DNA from: Raja brachyura
Taxonomy: Eukaryota
Reading direction: 5' to 3'
NCBI GenBank assembly: GCA_963514005.1
Contig: OY740788.1
Location: 88,226,001 to 88,290,000 of the forward strand
Length of the DNA: 64,000 nucleotides
In this document: one piece after another, positions 13,801 to 25,999 of the stretch
Layout of the letters: each line of letters starts with the position of its first letter
How positions within the stretch are numbered: position 1 is the stretch's first letter
The notes under the pieces: generated by a model
Database searches by the model: none
Told to the model about the DNA's origin: nothing
Seen by the model: only the letters and a program-made list of their open reading frames with translations
Position numbers and translations under genes: made by a program

Positions 13801-14998
13801 ATTTCTCCCAGTCCTTCAATGATAGATAAAGGCTTTTCACAATGGAAAAATTATGGAATTAATAGGATGGGTGATCTTTACAGGGAAAACCCCTTTCTTT
13901 CATTTCAAGAACTACAACAAATTTATGGATTACATTCAAAAGATTATTTTAGATATTTACAAATCAGAGACTATGTAAAATCAAACACACAGGAAATTAG
14001 AAATAGAAAGGCAGAAATTTTAGATGAATGTCTAAATAAACATCCAAATACAAATCCAAATTGATATCATATATTTATAATATTTTATTAGAAAATGATG
14101 TACCAATGACAGAAACATATAGGCAATCATGGGAAAACGAATTAGGTCAAACAATTAGACCAGAAATATGGAATGAAAGTTTACAAAATATACATCATTG
14201 TTCGTTAAATGCTAGACACATCTTGATACAATTTAAAGTACTACATAGATTACATTATTCCAAATCAAAATTACATAGAATATTTTCAAATATACCAGCC
14301 ATATGTGATAAATGTCAATATTTAGAAGCTAATCTAACCCACTCATTCACAAACTGTATAAAAATTACGACCTTTTGGGCAGATATTTTTAAGATAATCT
14401 CGAATGTTGTTAATACAAATTTGTTACCTGACTCAAAATTAATAATATTAGGAATATTAGAAACAGATCAATTAATAACAATAAATCAAAGAATTTTTAT
14501 TGATTACAGTTTAATAATTGGGAAAAAACTTATATTGAAATTTTGGAAGGGTCCTACATCCCCCACAATTAAAATGTGGATCACTGAAATGTCGGAGACA
14601 CTTCATCTTGAAAGATTAAGAGTTATCCTTCTGGGCAAGTTGGATCAATTCAGAGGAATATGGTCTCCATTTATTGAATATTTAAAGGGTCAAAGTGGTT
14701 CGGTGCAAGAACCTGACTGATGCCTGAACGAAGAAATAGACGAAGATTTACATATAATAACCCATGGATATATCTCCAATGATGTACAAACTGCTTAATA
14801 CTTCATTCATTTTTCTGAATCTCTATCTTTATTTTATTTTTCTCTTATATTTCCTATCTATATAAAAAATGAAAAACTCATAGAAGTACAAATTAGAAAT
14901 AATTGTTAATATTAATAATATTAAGAATGTATATGACATGTATATCCTTATCTTGATATGTACTTCTAATAAAAAATATTTAACAAAAAAAAAATTAA
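10866..14998 (+). mobile_element. 5'-truncated L1/Tx1-clade LINE with 17-bp TSD
   Basis: RT motifs RGCRQGCPLSP and YADD; C-terminal C-x2-C-x8-H-x4-C knuckle; AATAAA and A-tail. TAATATATGCAACTGCT at 10849-10865 and 14999-15015. Confidence 0.93.
11928..13814 (-). mobile_element. 5'-truncated CR1 LINE nested in the L1
   Basis: 427-aa RT ORF 12009-13292 and (TTTCTATG)n tail. The L1 reading frame resumes on both sides. Confidence 0.95.
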
Positions 14999-15759
14999 TA
15001 ATATATGCAACTGCTGTGGTATTGTCAATCTGGAGCTGAACATGTAAATCATGCACTGTTGAGCAGTATGCTTTAAGGCTATAGAATGCACCCAGCAATT
15101 CTAAGTAGTTTATCCCATGCATCTGCAGGATTAATGCCTCTTGCATATTCCATCTGCCGCCACAGCTAGACTCGGTATCGGTGGCTCCCCATCCCGAAGC
15201 ACTCACATCAGTTTGTAAAATAACTGAAGGTTGTTTAGTCAGAATGTCTCTAGAACCTCGTGAGACATTAGTTATCCATCATTGTAACTCGGTGATAGCT
15301 TCGACTGGCAACTGCATTTGTGTATCAAAATGACCATCATTCCACGACTGGAACCAGTCTTCTTTGGCTATGCCTCTCCAAGGTCTTAGCCTTCTTCACT
15401 TCGATTAAATGTTCTGTCCCACTCTCTGGGACTGGTATTTAACCCCCCCCCCCCCGCCGGAGGTTCCCTTCTACTTAATGTGGCAACAGATTATCATGTG
15501 ATTCCGAAGTAATATGAGCAGTTTAGAAGGCAAACAATATATTAAAAAACAAAAGGCACAAGTTGTTGGAGTAACTTGAAAGGTCAGCCAGCAAGTCCGG
15601 AGAACATGTGTAAATCTGACATCCTCGATAATCTTACTCTTCAATTATCCTGAGCCTCACTGGGAAGTATGTGATGGTATTCAAATTTTAGAAACTGTTA
15701 CACACTAAATGCTGGAGAAATATGATGCCTTCCATTGAGCTTTACGTATATTCACACAG

Positions 15760-16107
15760 ATCCCCTGGATGATCCGGTCCTTATCCAGTCTCCGTCAGTC
15801 AGCAAGGTGGCAGAGGGTGTAACTGTGCAGTTGCAATGTGCCTTGCACAATGCCGGTGTGAATGACACTGACGTCCACTGGAACCAGCAGCGACCTGGGA
15901 AAAACAGCGAGTGGGTAATGAGCCACTTTGTGGATGGCAACGTCACCAGGTCCGGCCGTATCTCTGACCGCTTTAAGTCTTTCAGGAATGCCATGAGCAA
16001 CAGTTACATTCTGACCATTGCCAATGTCTCCATCAATGATACTGCTGTCTACAACTGCAGTGTGTGGAGTTACATCTATGGAGCAGGGTCCCAGCTCAAT
16101 GTAACTG
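15760..16107 (+). CDS. Exon: Ig V-set domain with germline-joined J-like strand (VJ-type receptor, domain 1 in window)
   Basis: Acceptor CACACAG| and donor |GTAAGT, both phase 1. Encodes LQC (Cys B), VHWNQQRPG (Trp C), RF, YILTI, DTAVYNC (Cys F) and YGAGSQLNVT (FGxG-type J motif). Six N-x-S/T sequons. Confidence 0.93.
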
Positions 16108-17142
16108 GTAAGTCATTGTTTGCCTACACTGACGATAGCAGCAGCTCACACTTCAACCTTCACACAATGACTCACCGACACATGGGAATTCTGTACCACT
16201 CCCAGTAAAACAGAGAGTGGAGAAGTTATCCTTGGAGCGTAAAGTGCAACAGCAAGGAAATAGATAAATGTGTGAAAGGACGAGTACAAGGGAACAAAAA
16301 TCAAAAGTGTAAAAAGTCTCTACAAATGGTTTGTGGATGAACAACCCTTTGGGTTTGAGTTGCCAGAGATGGAAGATATTACCAACTAACAGCATAAAGT
16401 CAAATAGTCATAATGCGTGGGAACGTGCTCTTCTGCCCAACTTGCCCACACCGACCAACATGTCCCAGCTACACTAGTCCCATCTGCATGCTTTTGGCCC
16501 TTATCCCTCCTGAAACAAATCAGAATACGGAGAGAAATAGGATAACTTTATATGAGTTGTTAAAAGGAATAGATTAGCTCATAAAATCCAAAAGATGTAT
16601 AAAAGAAATATTATGAAATGCTCAGGAAAAAGGCAAGCTTGAGTTTTAGAGTTTGAGTTTAATTTATTGTCACGTGTACCAATGTGCAGTAAAAAGCTTT
16701 CGCAGGCTAATCAGTCAGCGGAAAGACAATACATAATTACAATTGAGCCATCCACAGATACACGATAAAGGGAATAAAGTGATTAACGTTTAGTGCTAGA
16801 TAAAGCCAGTGAGTCCGATCAAAGATAGTCCAAGGATCTCCAATGTAGATCTTAGTTCCAGAGGAACTCAGCAGGTCAGCCAACATCTGGGAAGGTAAAT
16901 GGACCGACAGTGTTTTGGGTCAAGACCTCTTCAGACTGATGGAGTAGGAGAGAGCTGGTGGAAAGTGGTGATGGAGGAGGGGTGGGGCAAGAGCTTGCAA
17001 GTAACAGGTAGACTCAGATATGGAAGGGTGGATTGTCAGATGAATGAGGTGCAGGAGGGATGGGGGAAGATATTAATGAAGACTGGACGTGATAAGCAGA
17101 GAAGACAAAAGATTACAAATAATGAAATCTGATAAGAAAAGA

Positions 17143-17870
17143 AGGTTCAAGGTTCAAGGTTCAAGGTTAGTTTATTTGTCACATACACCAATTGGTGTAG
17201 TGAAATGCTTCTTGCCATGCAGCACATAAAATAAAGAATACAGACACAACACTAATAAAGAGATTTAAACATAAAAAACATCCCCCCACAATGGTTCCCA
17301 TTATGAGGGAAGGCACAAAGTCCAGTCCCCATCCCATATCCACCCATAGTCAGGCATATTGAGGCCTCCGCAGTCACCTTCACGGAGGCCCGATGTTCCA
17401 GGCCGTTCTCGCTGGGTGATGGTGCTCCGGCGTCGGGAGAATCCTATCAGCGGCTTGGGACACCTGGAACGGCCGCTTCCTACTGGAGTCCACGGCTTCT
17501 GAAGCCGACAAGGCCGCGCTGAATGGAGCTCCCCCACTGGCTCCCGATGTTGAAGTTCAGCGCCGCCGCCCGCAGCCGGCCGCTCCACAGACCCGCGGCT
17601 CCGCGATGTTTGTCTTGGCGGTCTCAGCTCACCGGAACTCCAGCGCGGCGACCCAGGCAAGGCATCACCCGCTCCGCCCCGCGATGACGCTCCAGCGCTC
17701 CAGCACTCCGCCGCTGCCGAATCGGAGGTTCTGGGCGGTCCCCTCAGGAAACACCGCTCCAGGCCCGCTGGTAGGCTGCGAGGACGGGTCGAAGATGCAG
17801 CCCGGAGAAAAGCACACTAAAAAAAAAGGATAGGGTGAAAAACATACAGCTGCAGGATGGGCAGCCATAC
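17143..17870 (-). mobile_element. Non-coding 3' part of a retroposon (Rex/RTE-like or non-autonomous) with (GAACCTT)n tail
   Basis: (AAGGTTC)3 at 17143-17166 followed by a CpG-rich body. The 3' end resembles the Rex-like tail at ~52060-52130. Confidence 0.55.
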
Positions 17871-18289
17871 CATACAGGACGGCGCCCCCAGATGTGAAAT
17901 GAAATGTAGAACCCGAGGGCGGATGGTGAGGTAGACCGGAACCGGAAGGTGAAGATGATGTGGCAGATATAGGAACCCAGAGGGGCTAGTGGTGGGTAAT
18001 CAATAGTGAGTGGAAAGACAGGTGTGTGTGAGAGTTTATTTTTTATCTGCACCTTCTATGCAGCTTGTTTCGTGCCTTCTGAAAGTCCAAATGCACATCA
18101 GCTAGTTCTCCCTTATCTGTGTTGCCAACTACAATCTCAAAAAATTAACTGAGTTGTGGAATATGATTTCCTTTACAAAAACTTTGACTCCACCCTGTCC
18201 TGATATATTCCAAATGCCCCACTTACTTAATAATAACATAATAATAGATGACAGCTCTTCCCTCATCCACGCTTCCCCTCATAAGAGCG

Positions 18290-21204
18290 TTGTGAAAGCA
18301 AGCCTGAAGGCCTTGTGTCTCAATGCAAGGAGTATTCATAATAAGGTAGATGAGTTGAAAGTGCAGATAGCTATTAATGAGTATGATATAGTTGGGATCA
18401 CGGAGACACGGCTCCAGGGTGACCAAGGCTGGGAGCTGAACATCCAGGGATATTCAATATTCAGAAGGGATAGAGAGGAAGGAAAAGGAGGTGGGGTAGC
18501 GTTGCTGGTTAGAGAGGAGATTAACGCAATGGAAAGGAAGGACATTAGCTTGGAGCATGTGGAATCGGTATGGGTAGAGCTGCGAAACACTAAGGGGCAG
18601 AAAACGCTAGTGGGAGTTGTGTACAGGCCACCTAACAGTAGTAGTGAAGTTGGGGATGACATAAAACAGGAAATTAGAAATGCGTGCGACAAAGGCAAAA
18701 CAGTTATAATGGGTGACTTCAATCTACATATAGATTGGGTGAATCAAATTGGCAGGGGCGCTGAGGAAGAGGATTTTTTGGAAAGTATGAGGGATAGTTA
18801 TCTAAATCAACATGTAGAGGAGCCAACGAGAGAGCAGGCTATTTTAGACTGGGTATTGAGTAATGAGGAAGGGTTAGTTAGCAGTCTTATTGTGCGTGCC
18901 CCCTTGGGCAGGAGTGACCATAATATGGTCGAGTTCTTCATTAGGATGGAGAGTGATATTGTTAATTCAGAAACAATGGTTCTGAACTTGAGGAAAGGTA
19001 ACTTTGAGGGTATGAGACGTGAATTGGCGAAGATTGACTGGCAATCAATTCTAAAAGGGTTGACGGTGGATGCGCAATGGAAGACATTTAAAGACTGCAT
19101 GGATGAACTGCAAAAATTGTTCATCCCAATTTGGCAAAAGAATAGATCAGGGAAGGTAGTGCATCCGTGGATAACAAGGGAAATCAGGGATAGTATCAAA
19201 GCAAAGGATGATGCATACAAAGTAGCCAGAAAAAGCAGCATACCAGAGGACTGGGAGAAATTCAGGGACCAGCAGAGAAGGACAAAGGGCTTGATTAGGA
19301 AAGGAAAAATTGATTATGAAAGGAAACTGGCAGGGAACATAAAAACTGACTGCAAAAGTGTTTATAGATATGTGAAGAGAAATAGATTAGTTAAAACAAA
19401 TGTAGGTACCTTGCAGTCAGAAACAGGTGAGTTGATCATGGGGAACAAGGATATGGCGGACCAATTGAATAACTACTTTGGTTCCGTCTTCACTAAGGAA
19501 GACATAAATAAACTGCCGGAAATAGCAGGGGACCGCAAGTCAAAGGAGTACTTGAGTGAAATCCAGGTTAGTCGGGAAGTGGTGTTGGGTAAATTGAATG
19601 GATTAAAGGCCGCTAAATCCCCAGGGCCAGATAGGCTGCATCCCAGAGTACTTAAGGAAGTAGCTCTGGAAATAGTGGATGCATTAGTGATAATCTTTCA
19701 AAACTCTTTAGATTCTGGAGTAGTTCCTGAGGATTGGCGGGTGGCAAACGTAACCCCTCTTTTTAAGAAAGGGGGGAGAGAAAAAACGGGGAATTACAGA
19801 CCAGTTAGTCTAACATCGGTAGTGGGGAAACTGCTAGAGTCAGTTATTAAAGATGGGATAGCATCACATTTGGAAAGTGGTGAAATCATTGGACAAAGTC
19901 AGCATGGATTTACGAAAGGTAAATCATGTCTGACGAATCTTGTGGAATTCTTCGAGGATGTAACTAGTAGCGTGGATGGGGGAGAACCAGTGGATGTGGT
20001 GTATCTGGACTTCCAGAAGGCTTTCGACAAGGTCCCACATAAGCGATTAGTATATAAACTTAAAGCATATGGCATTGGGGGTTCAGTATTGAAGTGGATA
20101 GAGAACTGGCTGGCAAACAGGAAGCAAAGAGTAGGAGTAAACGGGGCGTTTTCACAATGGAAGGCAGTGACTAGTGGGGTACCGCAAGGCTCAGTGCTGG
20201 GACCCCAGCTATTTACAATATACATAAATGATCTGGATGAGGGAATTGAAGGCAATATCTCCAAGTTTGCGGATGACACTAAGCTGGGGGGCTGTGTTAG
20301 CTGTGAGGAGGATGCTAGGAGAATGCAAGGTGACTTGGATAGGCTGGGTGAGTGGGCAAATGTTTGGCAGATGCAATATAATGTGGATAAATGTGAGGTT
20401 ATCCACTTTGGTGGCAAAAATAGGAAAACCGACTACTATCTAAATGGTGGTCGATTAGGAAAAGGGGAGATGCAGCGCGACCTGGGTGTCATGGTACACC
20501 AGTCATTGAAAGTAGGCATGCAGGTACAGCAGGCAGTGAAGAAAGCCAATGGTATGTTAGCTTTCATAGCGAAAGGATTTGAGTATAGGAGCAGGGAGGT
20601 TCTACTTCAGTTGTATAGGGTCTTGGTGAGGCCACACCTGGAGTATTGCGTACAGTTCTGGTCTCCAAATCTGAGGAAGGACATTATTGCCATAGAGGGA
20701 GTGCAGCGAAGGTTCACCAGACTGATTCCTGGGATGTCAGGACTGTCTTATGAACAAAGACTGCATAGACTCGGTTTATACTCTCTAGAATTTAGGAGAT
20801 TGCGAGGGGATCTTATAGAAACTTACAAGATTCTTAAGGGGTTGGACAGGCTAGATGCAGGAAGATTGTTCCCGATGTTGGGGAGGTCCAGGACAAGGGG
20901 TCACAGCTTAAGGATAAGGGGGAAATCTTTAAGGACCGAGATGAGAAGGAATTTCTTCACACAGAGAGTGGTGGGTCTCTGGAACTCTCTGCCACAGAGG
21001 GTAGTTGAGGCCAGTTCATTGGGTATATTTAAGAGGGAGTTAGATGTGGCCCTTGTGGCTAAGGGGATCAGAGGGTATGGAGAGAAGGCAGGTACGGGAT
21101 ACTGAGTTGGATGATCAGCCATGATCATATTGAATGGCGGTGCAGGCTCGAAGGGCCGAATGGCCTACTCCTGCACCTAATTTCTATGTTTCTATGTTTC
21201 TATG
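18290..21204 (+). mobile_element. CR1 LINE, 5'-truncated at the start of ORF2, ORF2 open (APE endonuclease + RT)
   Basis: 983-aa ORF 18154-21105 with LNARS, GITET, GDFN, SDH, QGSVLGP and FADD. (TTTCTATG)3 tail. Confidence 0.97.
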
Positions 21205-21707
21205 TAATCTTGTGTGCTGACCTACACTCTCAACTCATCCCTCACTTGCTGTGCTTCTTGGTTTAAAGTAATTGCAGTTAAACCTACCGGTCCTCTCATG
21301 CTCCCCCTCCCATCTCTGTCAATGCTTTCACTGGGCTTGCCTGTTCCATTTTCTACATATGAGTCCGCTGTCATTCTGGGTCCCAACCCCATGTCTCACT
21401 AGTTTAAACTCTCTTGAGTGACACGAGCAAACCTCTCCACAAACCCATTCAGAACTTTGTTTGGCCCCATGCACAGGTTATATAATATTGCAGGATCACT
21501 GAAGACAGTAACATTGTACTGGTTTAAACTATCACAAGGCCCCATTCCTGCGCTGTACACATCTATGGCCCTAATCAAAATGGCTCCATTTTGCATGATT
21601 TAGTAGGACTAAAATAATTCTACAAATGTAGTGTTAGATTCTGTGCACTCTTCAAGCATGGTTGTGCTGAGTGGGGTTTTATAAGAAGACATATTTTCCC
21701 ATTAAAG

Positions 21708-21796
21708 ATGCAAATCCTTCAATCCTGATCCAATTCCCGAGTCTGGAGAGTGTCACTGATGATGACACGGCATGGTTACGGTGCTCCATGGAGAAC
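21708..21796 (+). pseudogene. Truncated second Ig V exon (pseudo-exon)
   Basis: Phase-1 acceptor TTTTCCCATTAAAG|. DANPSILIQFPSLESVTDDDTAWLRCSMEN aligns with domain 1 (DPLDDPVLIQSPSVSKVAEGVTVQLQCALHN), then runs into an antisense CR1 tail. The rest of the domain was not found. Confidence 0.8.
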
Positions 21797-21985
21797 ATAG
21801 AAAATAGGTGCAGGAGGAGGCCATTTGGCACTTCGAGCCTGCACCGCCATTCAGTGTGATCATGGCTGATCATCCACAATCAATAATCCGTGCCTTTCTT
21901 TTCCCCATATCCCTTGATTCCGCTGGCCCCTAGAGATCTAACTCTCTTTTAAATCCATCCAGTGAATTGGCCTCTACTGCCTCTA
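21793..21985 (-). mobile_element. CR1 3'-end fragment at the breakpoint of Ig exon 2
   Basis: CATAGAAAATAGGTGCAGGAGGAGGCCATT matches the reverse complement of the CR1 tails elsewhere in the window. Confidence 0.9.
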
Positions 21986-21988
21986 CTA

Positions 21989-22733
21989 TCTACTTACCTC
22001 TCTCTAAAACTCTCATTTTCTTTGTTTGCTTGTTCCCGAAATACAGCCAACGAAGTACACGACAGCGCAACAATTTTGGGCCACCTTACTCACCGTTGTC
22101 CTGTGGTGTGCAGTCGCATGTTTTGTTCAGATTGATGTTATATTTTAAAAGTTGTTGTCTTTTAAAATTTTAACGAACATGGCAGTTGCGCCTCCACTTG
22201 CTGGCCACACCAGTGCAGTTGAGGGAGTGTTGCTGATATGTTGCAACGGGAACCCGTCAGCTGCGCCTGCACAGTTGGCGGCTATGTGTGAGTGGTGAAC
22301 TATTGCATTGGGGGACAGGGACACAATGGGTCCGCGCTTGGTCTACTCTATCACTAAAACTCTCATCTTGTTTGTTTGTTTGTACCCATATTTGTTCCCG
22401 AAATACAGCAAAAATGGCACACGACAGCGCAAAAATGTTAGGACCACCTTACTCACCATTGTCCTTTGGTGTGCAGCAGCAAGTTTCATTCAGATTAATG
22501 TTATATATTTAAAATTAATGACCTTTTTAAACTAATAAACCTGGCATTTGCGCTCCCAGTTGCCGGCCGCGCCTGCGCAGTTGTGAGAGGGTTACCGTGA
22601 CTCGCGTCACAACAGGGATCTCTGGCGTCACAACGGGAACCCGTCAACCGCGCCTGTGAAGGTTGGGGCTATGGGTGAGTAGTGGAATATTGCTTTGGGG
22701 GATGGGGACCCAACAAGTCCGCGCTTGGTCTAG
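21989..22733 (+). mobile_element. Two tandem non-autonomous Helitron-like elements (~21989-22346 and ~22347-22733)
   Basis: Similar ~360-390-bp units starting TC. Each ends in a GGGAC..GTCC hairpin followed by CTAC or CTAG|T. No TIR or TSD. Confidence 0.55.
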
Positions 22734-23023
22734 TATAGAGTACAAAAACTCTTGTCTTGTATGTATGTATATTTGTTTGTTTGTTTGTTTGTATCTAACA
22801 AAACATGGGGGCCACACAATTTCCTGGAGGCCGCATGCATGCACACATGCGCCAGGCTTCAGAGGGTTCGGCCCTGGGCCCTGTGGACAATAACATCAGG
22901 AGCTGATGTGGTTGGTGACCGATTCCAAACTCCAGCAACAGCAGCATCGTCCGCCCCGAATCATGGGGCTTGAATTGGCCCGTTCACGGGGCATTTCATC
23001 ACCCGGCGTGGCTCCACTGCTTT

Positions 23024-23337
23024 GCAGGTACAGCAGGCAGTGAAGAAAACGAATGGCATGTTGGCCTTTATTACAAGAGGAGTCGAATATAGGAGCAAAG
23101 AGGCCCTTCTGCATTTGTACAGAGCCCTAGTGAGACCACACCTGGAGTGTTGTGTGCAGCTTTGGTCCGCTAATTTGAGGAAGGACATTCTTGCTATTGA
23201 CGGAGTGCAGCGTAGGTTTACAAGGTTAATTCCCGGGATGGCGGGACTGTCTTATGCTGAGAGAATGTAGCAGCTGGGCTTGTACACTCTGGAGTTTAGA
23301 AGGATGAGAGGGGATCTCATTGAAACATTTAAGATTG
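23024..23337 (+). mobile_element. CR1 ORF2 C-terminal fragment
   Basis: ORF 23022-23270 QVQQAVKK..LVRPHLE. Confidence 0.9.
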
Positions 23338-23341
23338 TAAA

Positions 23342-24005
23342 AGGGTCTGTCCCACTTACGTGTCCGTGGCATGCAAATTACGCGACCTCGTGATCGCATT
23401 GAGCCGCGACGGTCCCGCGATGGTCAGGAGCGATCACATGCTTACGCACAGCCATCTGGAGCGTGTGTCATCATTTGAAGATGGACATGAAGCTGGAGTA
23501 AGTCAGCGGGACTGGCAACATCTCTGAAGAGAAGCAATGGGTGACGTTTCGTGTTGAGACTCTTCTTCAGTCTGAAAAGAATGGTCTTGACCCGAAACAT
23601 CACCCATTGCTTCTCTCCAGAGATGCTGCCGGTCCCGCTGAGTTACTCCTGCATTTTGTGTTCATCTTCAATTTTCTTGGCCCCGCTCTGGGAGTAGAAG
23701 TGGGGGCGGATCCGGATCCGGACCGCAACGGCCGTGAGTTCCAGGCTGAGCTCGGCGATCGTTTGCCTGCTTCTGCTGCTGTTGAAGGTGAGATGTTGCA
23801 TCGGGCCGGGGTCTTGGGCATGTTCCACTTTGGCCGTCAGTTCCGCGACAGGCCGTTGGCGCGTGAAGATTTTGTTCACAAAAATTTCGGAGCATCGAGC
23901 GATGTCGCGCACAACTCCATATCCCTCTAAGTGGGACCGGCCGCACGCAGCCATATGATGCCTGTGCGCCTCAACGCGACCACGAGGTCAGGTAATTTGC
24001 CTCTG
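23342..24005. mobile_element. PIF/Harbinger-type MITE (right end truncated) with an internal head-to-head Penelope pLTR pair at ~23485-23670
   Basis: Starts AGGGTCTGTCCCAC like the MITE at 32187. Subterminal inverted AAATTACGCGACCTCGTG / CACGAGGTCAGGTAATTT. Confidence 0.6.
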
Positions 24006-24731
24006 ACCGACACCTCCCTCCTCCAATCATCATGTCCCATCCCCCCCCCCCCATTGCCTGCCGACTGACGTCTCTCTAGTCCAATCAGCGCCCTCGATCA
24101 TCAGTCCCACCCCCTCTCTCTTGCGGAAAGCGGAGATATTTAATAGATTTTCTTTCGCCGAATTTTAAAATCCGGATTACAAAACATGGCGGAGATTGTC
24201 CCCTACCTCTCAAAACATGGAGGGGACGTGCGTCCCCCGTCCCCCCGGAATCTCCACCCATGAAAACAGTGCACGATAGCTCAACAATGTTAGGCTCAAC
24301 TTACTCACTATTCGCCTGGGGTGTGCAGTAGCAAGTTTTGTTCGATTTGACAAAGTATTTCCCTTTAAAAACATACAGTATCTTTCTACCGCTCGGGCCT
24401 GCTGCACTCCCACTTGCCGGCCCCGTTAGCCAATTGCTTCCTATTTTCTCTTTATCCAACCCTCTGCATCCTGGGTTCCCTATTCTTGTTAATCTTGACA
24501 TTCACCCGTACACAAATATGTTGACCTTGAGTTCTTGTTTTTTCTCCTTCGAATGCTTCCCACTCTGCAGATTTCGACTTGCAGGTAAGAACATTTTCAC
24601 TGTCCACATTTGCCAGGTCCCGACTTAATGAGCTGGGCGAGTTAGGGTCACAGAACGATGGGCCAAGTGGCTTCCTTCTTACTGACATTACGTTTCCCTG
24701 ATGTTTACCCAATGATGTGATTTCTTTGCAG

Positions 24732-24866
24732 TTTTTGCAATGAAGGAGAATCAAGGTGTGGTGATGTACCTTGCCTGGATCATTCTGCCTTTGGTGCTGG
24801 GAGTTCTTGCTGTTACTGGAGCCGTTTGCCTCATCAGACGCAGAGCTTCTGGAAGCCACCAGTCCT
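24732..24866 (+). CDS. Exon: stalk + transmembrane + basic stop-transfer
   Basis: TTTCTTTGCAG| ... |GTATGT, phase 1/1. Encodes (V)FAMKENQG-VVMYLAWIILPLVLGVLAVTGAVCLI-RRRASGSHQS. No charged TM residue. Confidence 0.9.
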
Positions 24867-25033
24867 GTATGTGTAACTAAATAATTCAGTCTGATCTGAT
24901 TACTGTGTGGACTTAATGAAATTGGAAGGGCTGGATCCGATTGTCAAAGAGCTGTCATTATGCTGTTGGGCAGCAAAGTGGGATTCACAGCCCCGAGGCT
25001 GCTCTTTGTGAGACCTTGTTCTCTGTTTCACAG

Positions 25034-25107
25034 CCCAGTCCGGAGCGGCCGATGACCAGACCCCAGGAGCAGTTTATGAAAACATTTCCGTGACAAGAAA
25101 TGTCCCG
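25034..25107 (+). CDS. Exon: cytoplasmic 1 with tyrosine motif AVYENI
   Basis: CTCTGTTTCACAG| ... |GTGAGT, phase 1/0. Encodes (S)QSGAADDQTPGAVYENISVTRNVP. Confidence 0.88.
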
Positions 25108-25999
25108 GTGAGTTCTGATAGTTTTCTGGGATAAGCAGACCTGTGCTGGGATCCCTCTCCCTGATGGTGTGTTATTGGCTTCCCATCAGGTATTTACTCC
25201 ACTCACTTTGTGGATCATTGTTGGCTGTGGGCCGAGCATCAAAAACATGTCTAGAAATCAACTTTCGTGACCCATGTCTCTGAACTACATGACATTTTGC
25301 ACAGATTTAGATAAAATATAATTGAGACGGAACTCATAACTCGTCAGTGACAAAAGTTACACATTAATTAATTAAACTAATTAGAAAATGGTGGAGCGCC
25401 ATCTAGTGCCAAATTTCCGTGATGCAATCAATTTAAACTATATTATACCATCTATATATATATATATGATTTGTGAATATGACTGTAATCACATATAATT
25501 ATGTATAATTATATTATATAAAAATAATATGATTAATATAATTGTGTGTGTTTGTTGAATGAGTGCCGCAGCGGTCCAGCTCCTGAACCAGCCTAGTTAA
25601 TGGGTGAGGGCAGTTCCTGTGGGTTCCCCCGTTTACTGAACCCCACTGACTGCCAGTGTGCAGAGTGAGGGTCACAGCCATAGTGGGACAGGGGCAGTGC
25701 CAGGCTGGGGGAAGGCTAAGGCATCTTCCACTGAGAGGAAAATGCCTAACCCTAACTAGCCCCCCCCCCCCCCCCCCCTCCAGAGCTGCCCACGGCTGGA
25801 GCTGGAGCCACTTTGGGACCGGCTGCGGGCTCCGTACGTGTGGCCGCTCAGCGAATCCACCTCGGCCAGCACGCCCTTCTGGATCGTCGTGGTGATGATG
25901 GTGGGGAGCAGCACTGTCCTGCACGCTGCCCGGGCAGCCTTCAGCACCCCCATAGTGCCGGCTCCGTCAGTCCGCCCGCTCACTTGCTGCAACACTGGC

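Larger units (their letters stand above)
9042..15513 (-). mobile_element. Degenerate, internally deleted DIRS1-type element (3' ITR, ICR, YR remnant, RNaseH/MT remnant, decayed 5' end) carrying nested L1 and CR1
   Basis: The 3' end at 9042-9150 is inverted against the ICR at 9244-9355. YR-like ORF 9904-10236; RNaseH/MT ORFs 10275-10781 and 14829-15206 (IDNTTAVAYI). Decayed 5' end ATCATGTGATTCCGAAGTAAT at ~15493-15513. Confidence 0.88.

Noticed and set aside
15760-16300. Rearranging Ig/TCR V segment or germline-joined Ig light chain
   Set aside because: No heptamer-nonamer RSS seen and no C1 exon found. The downstream exons are V-like, TM and ITAM, which does not fit an Ig or TCR cluster.
18154-18290. 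Novel N-terminal extension on CR1 ORF2
   Set aside because: Chance open frame in flanking DNA ahead of a 5'-truncated insertion, with a non-ATG start.
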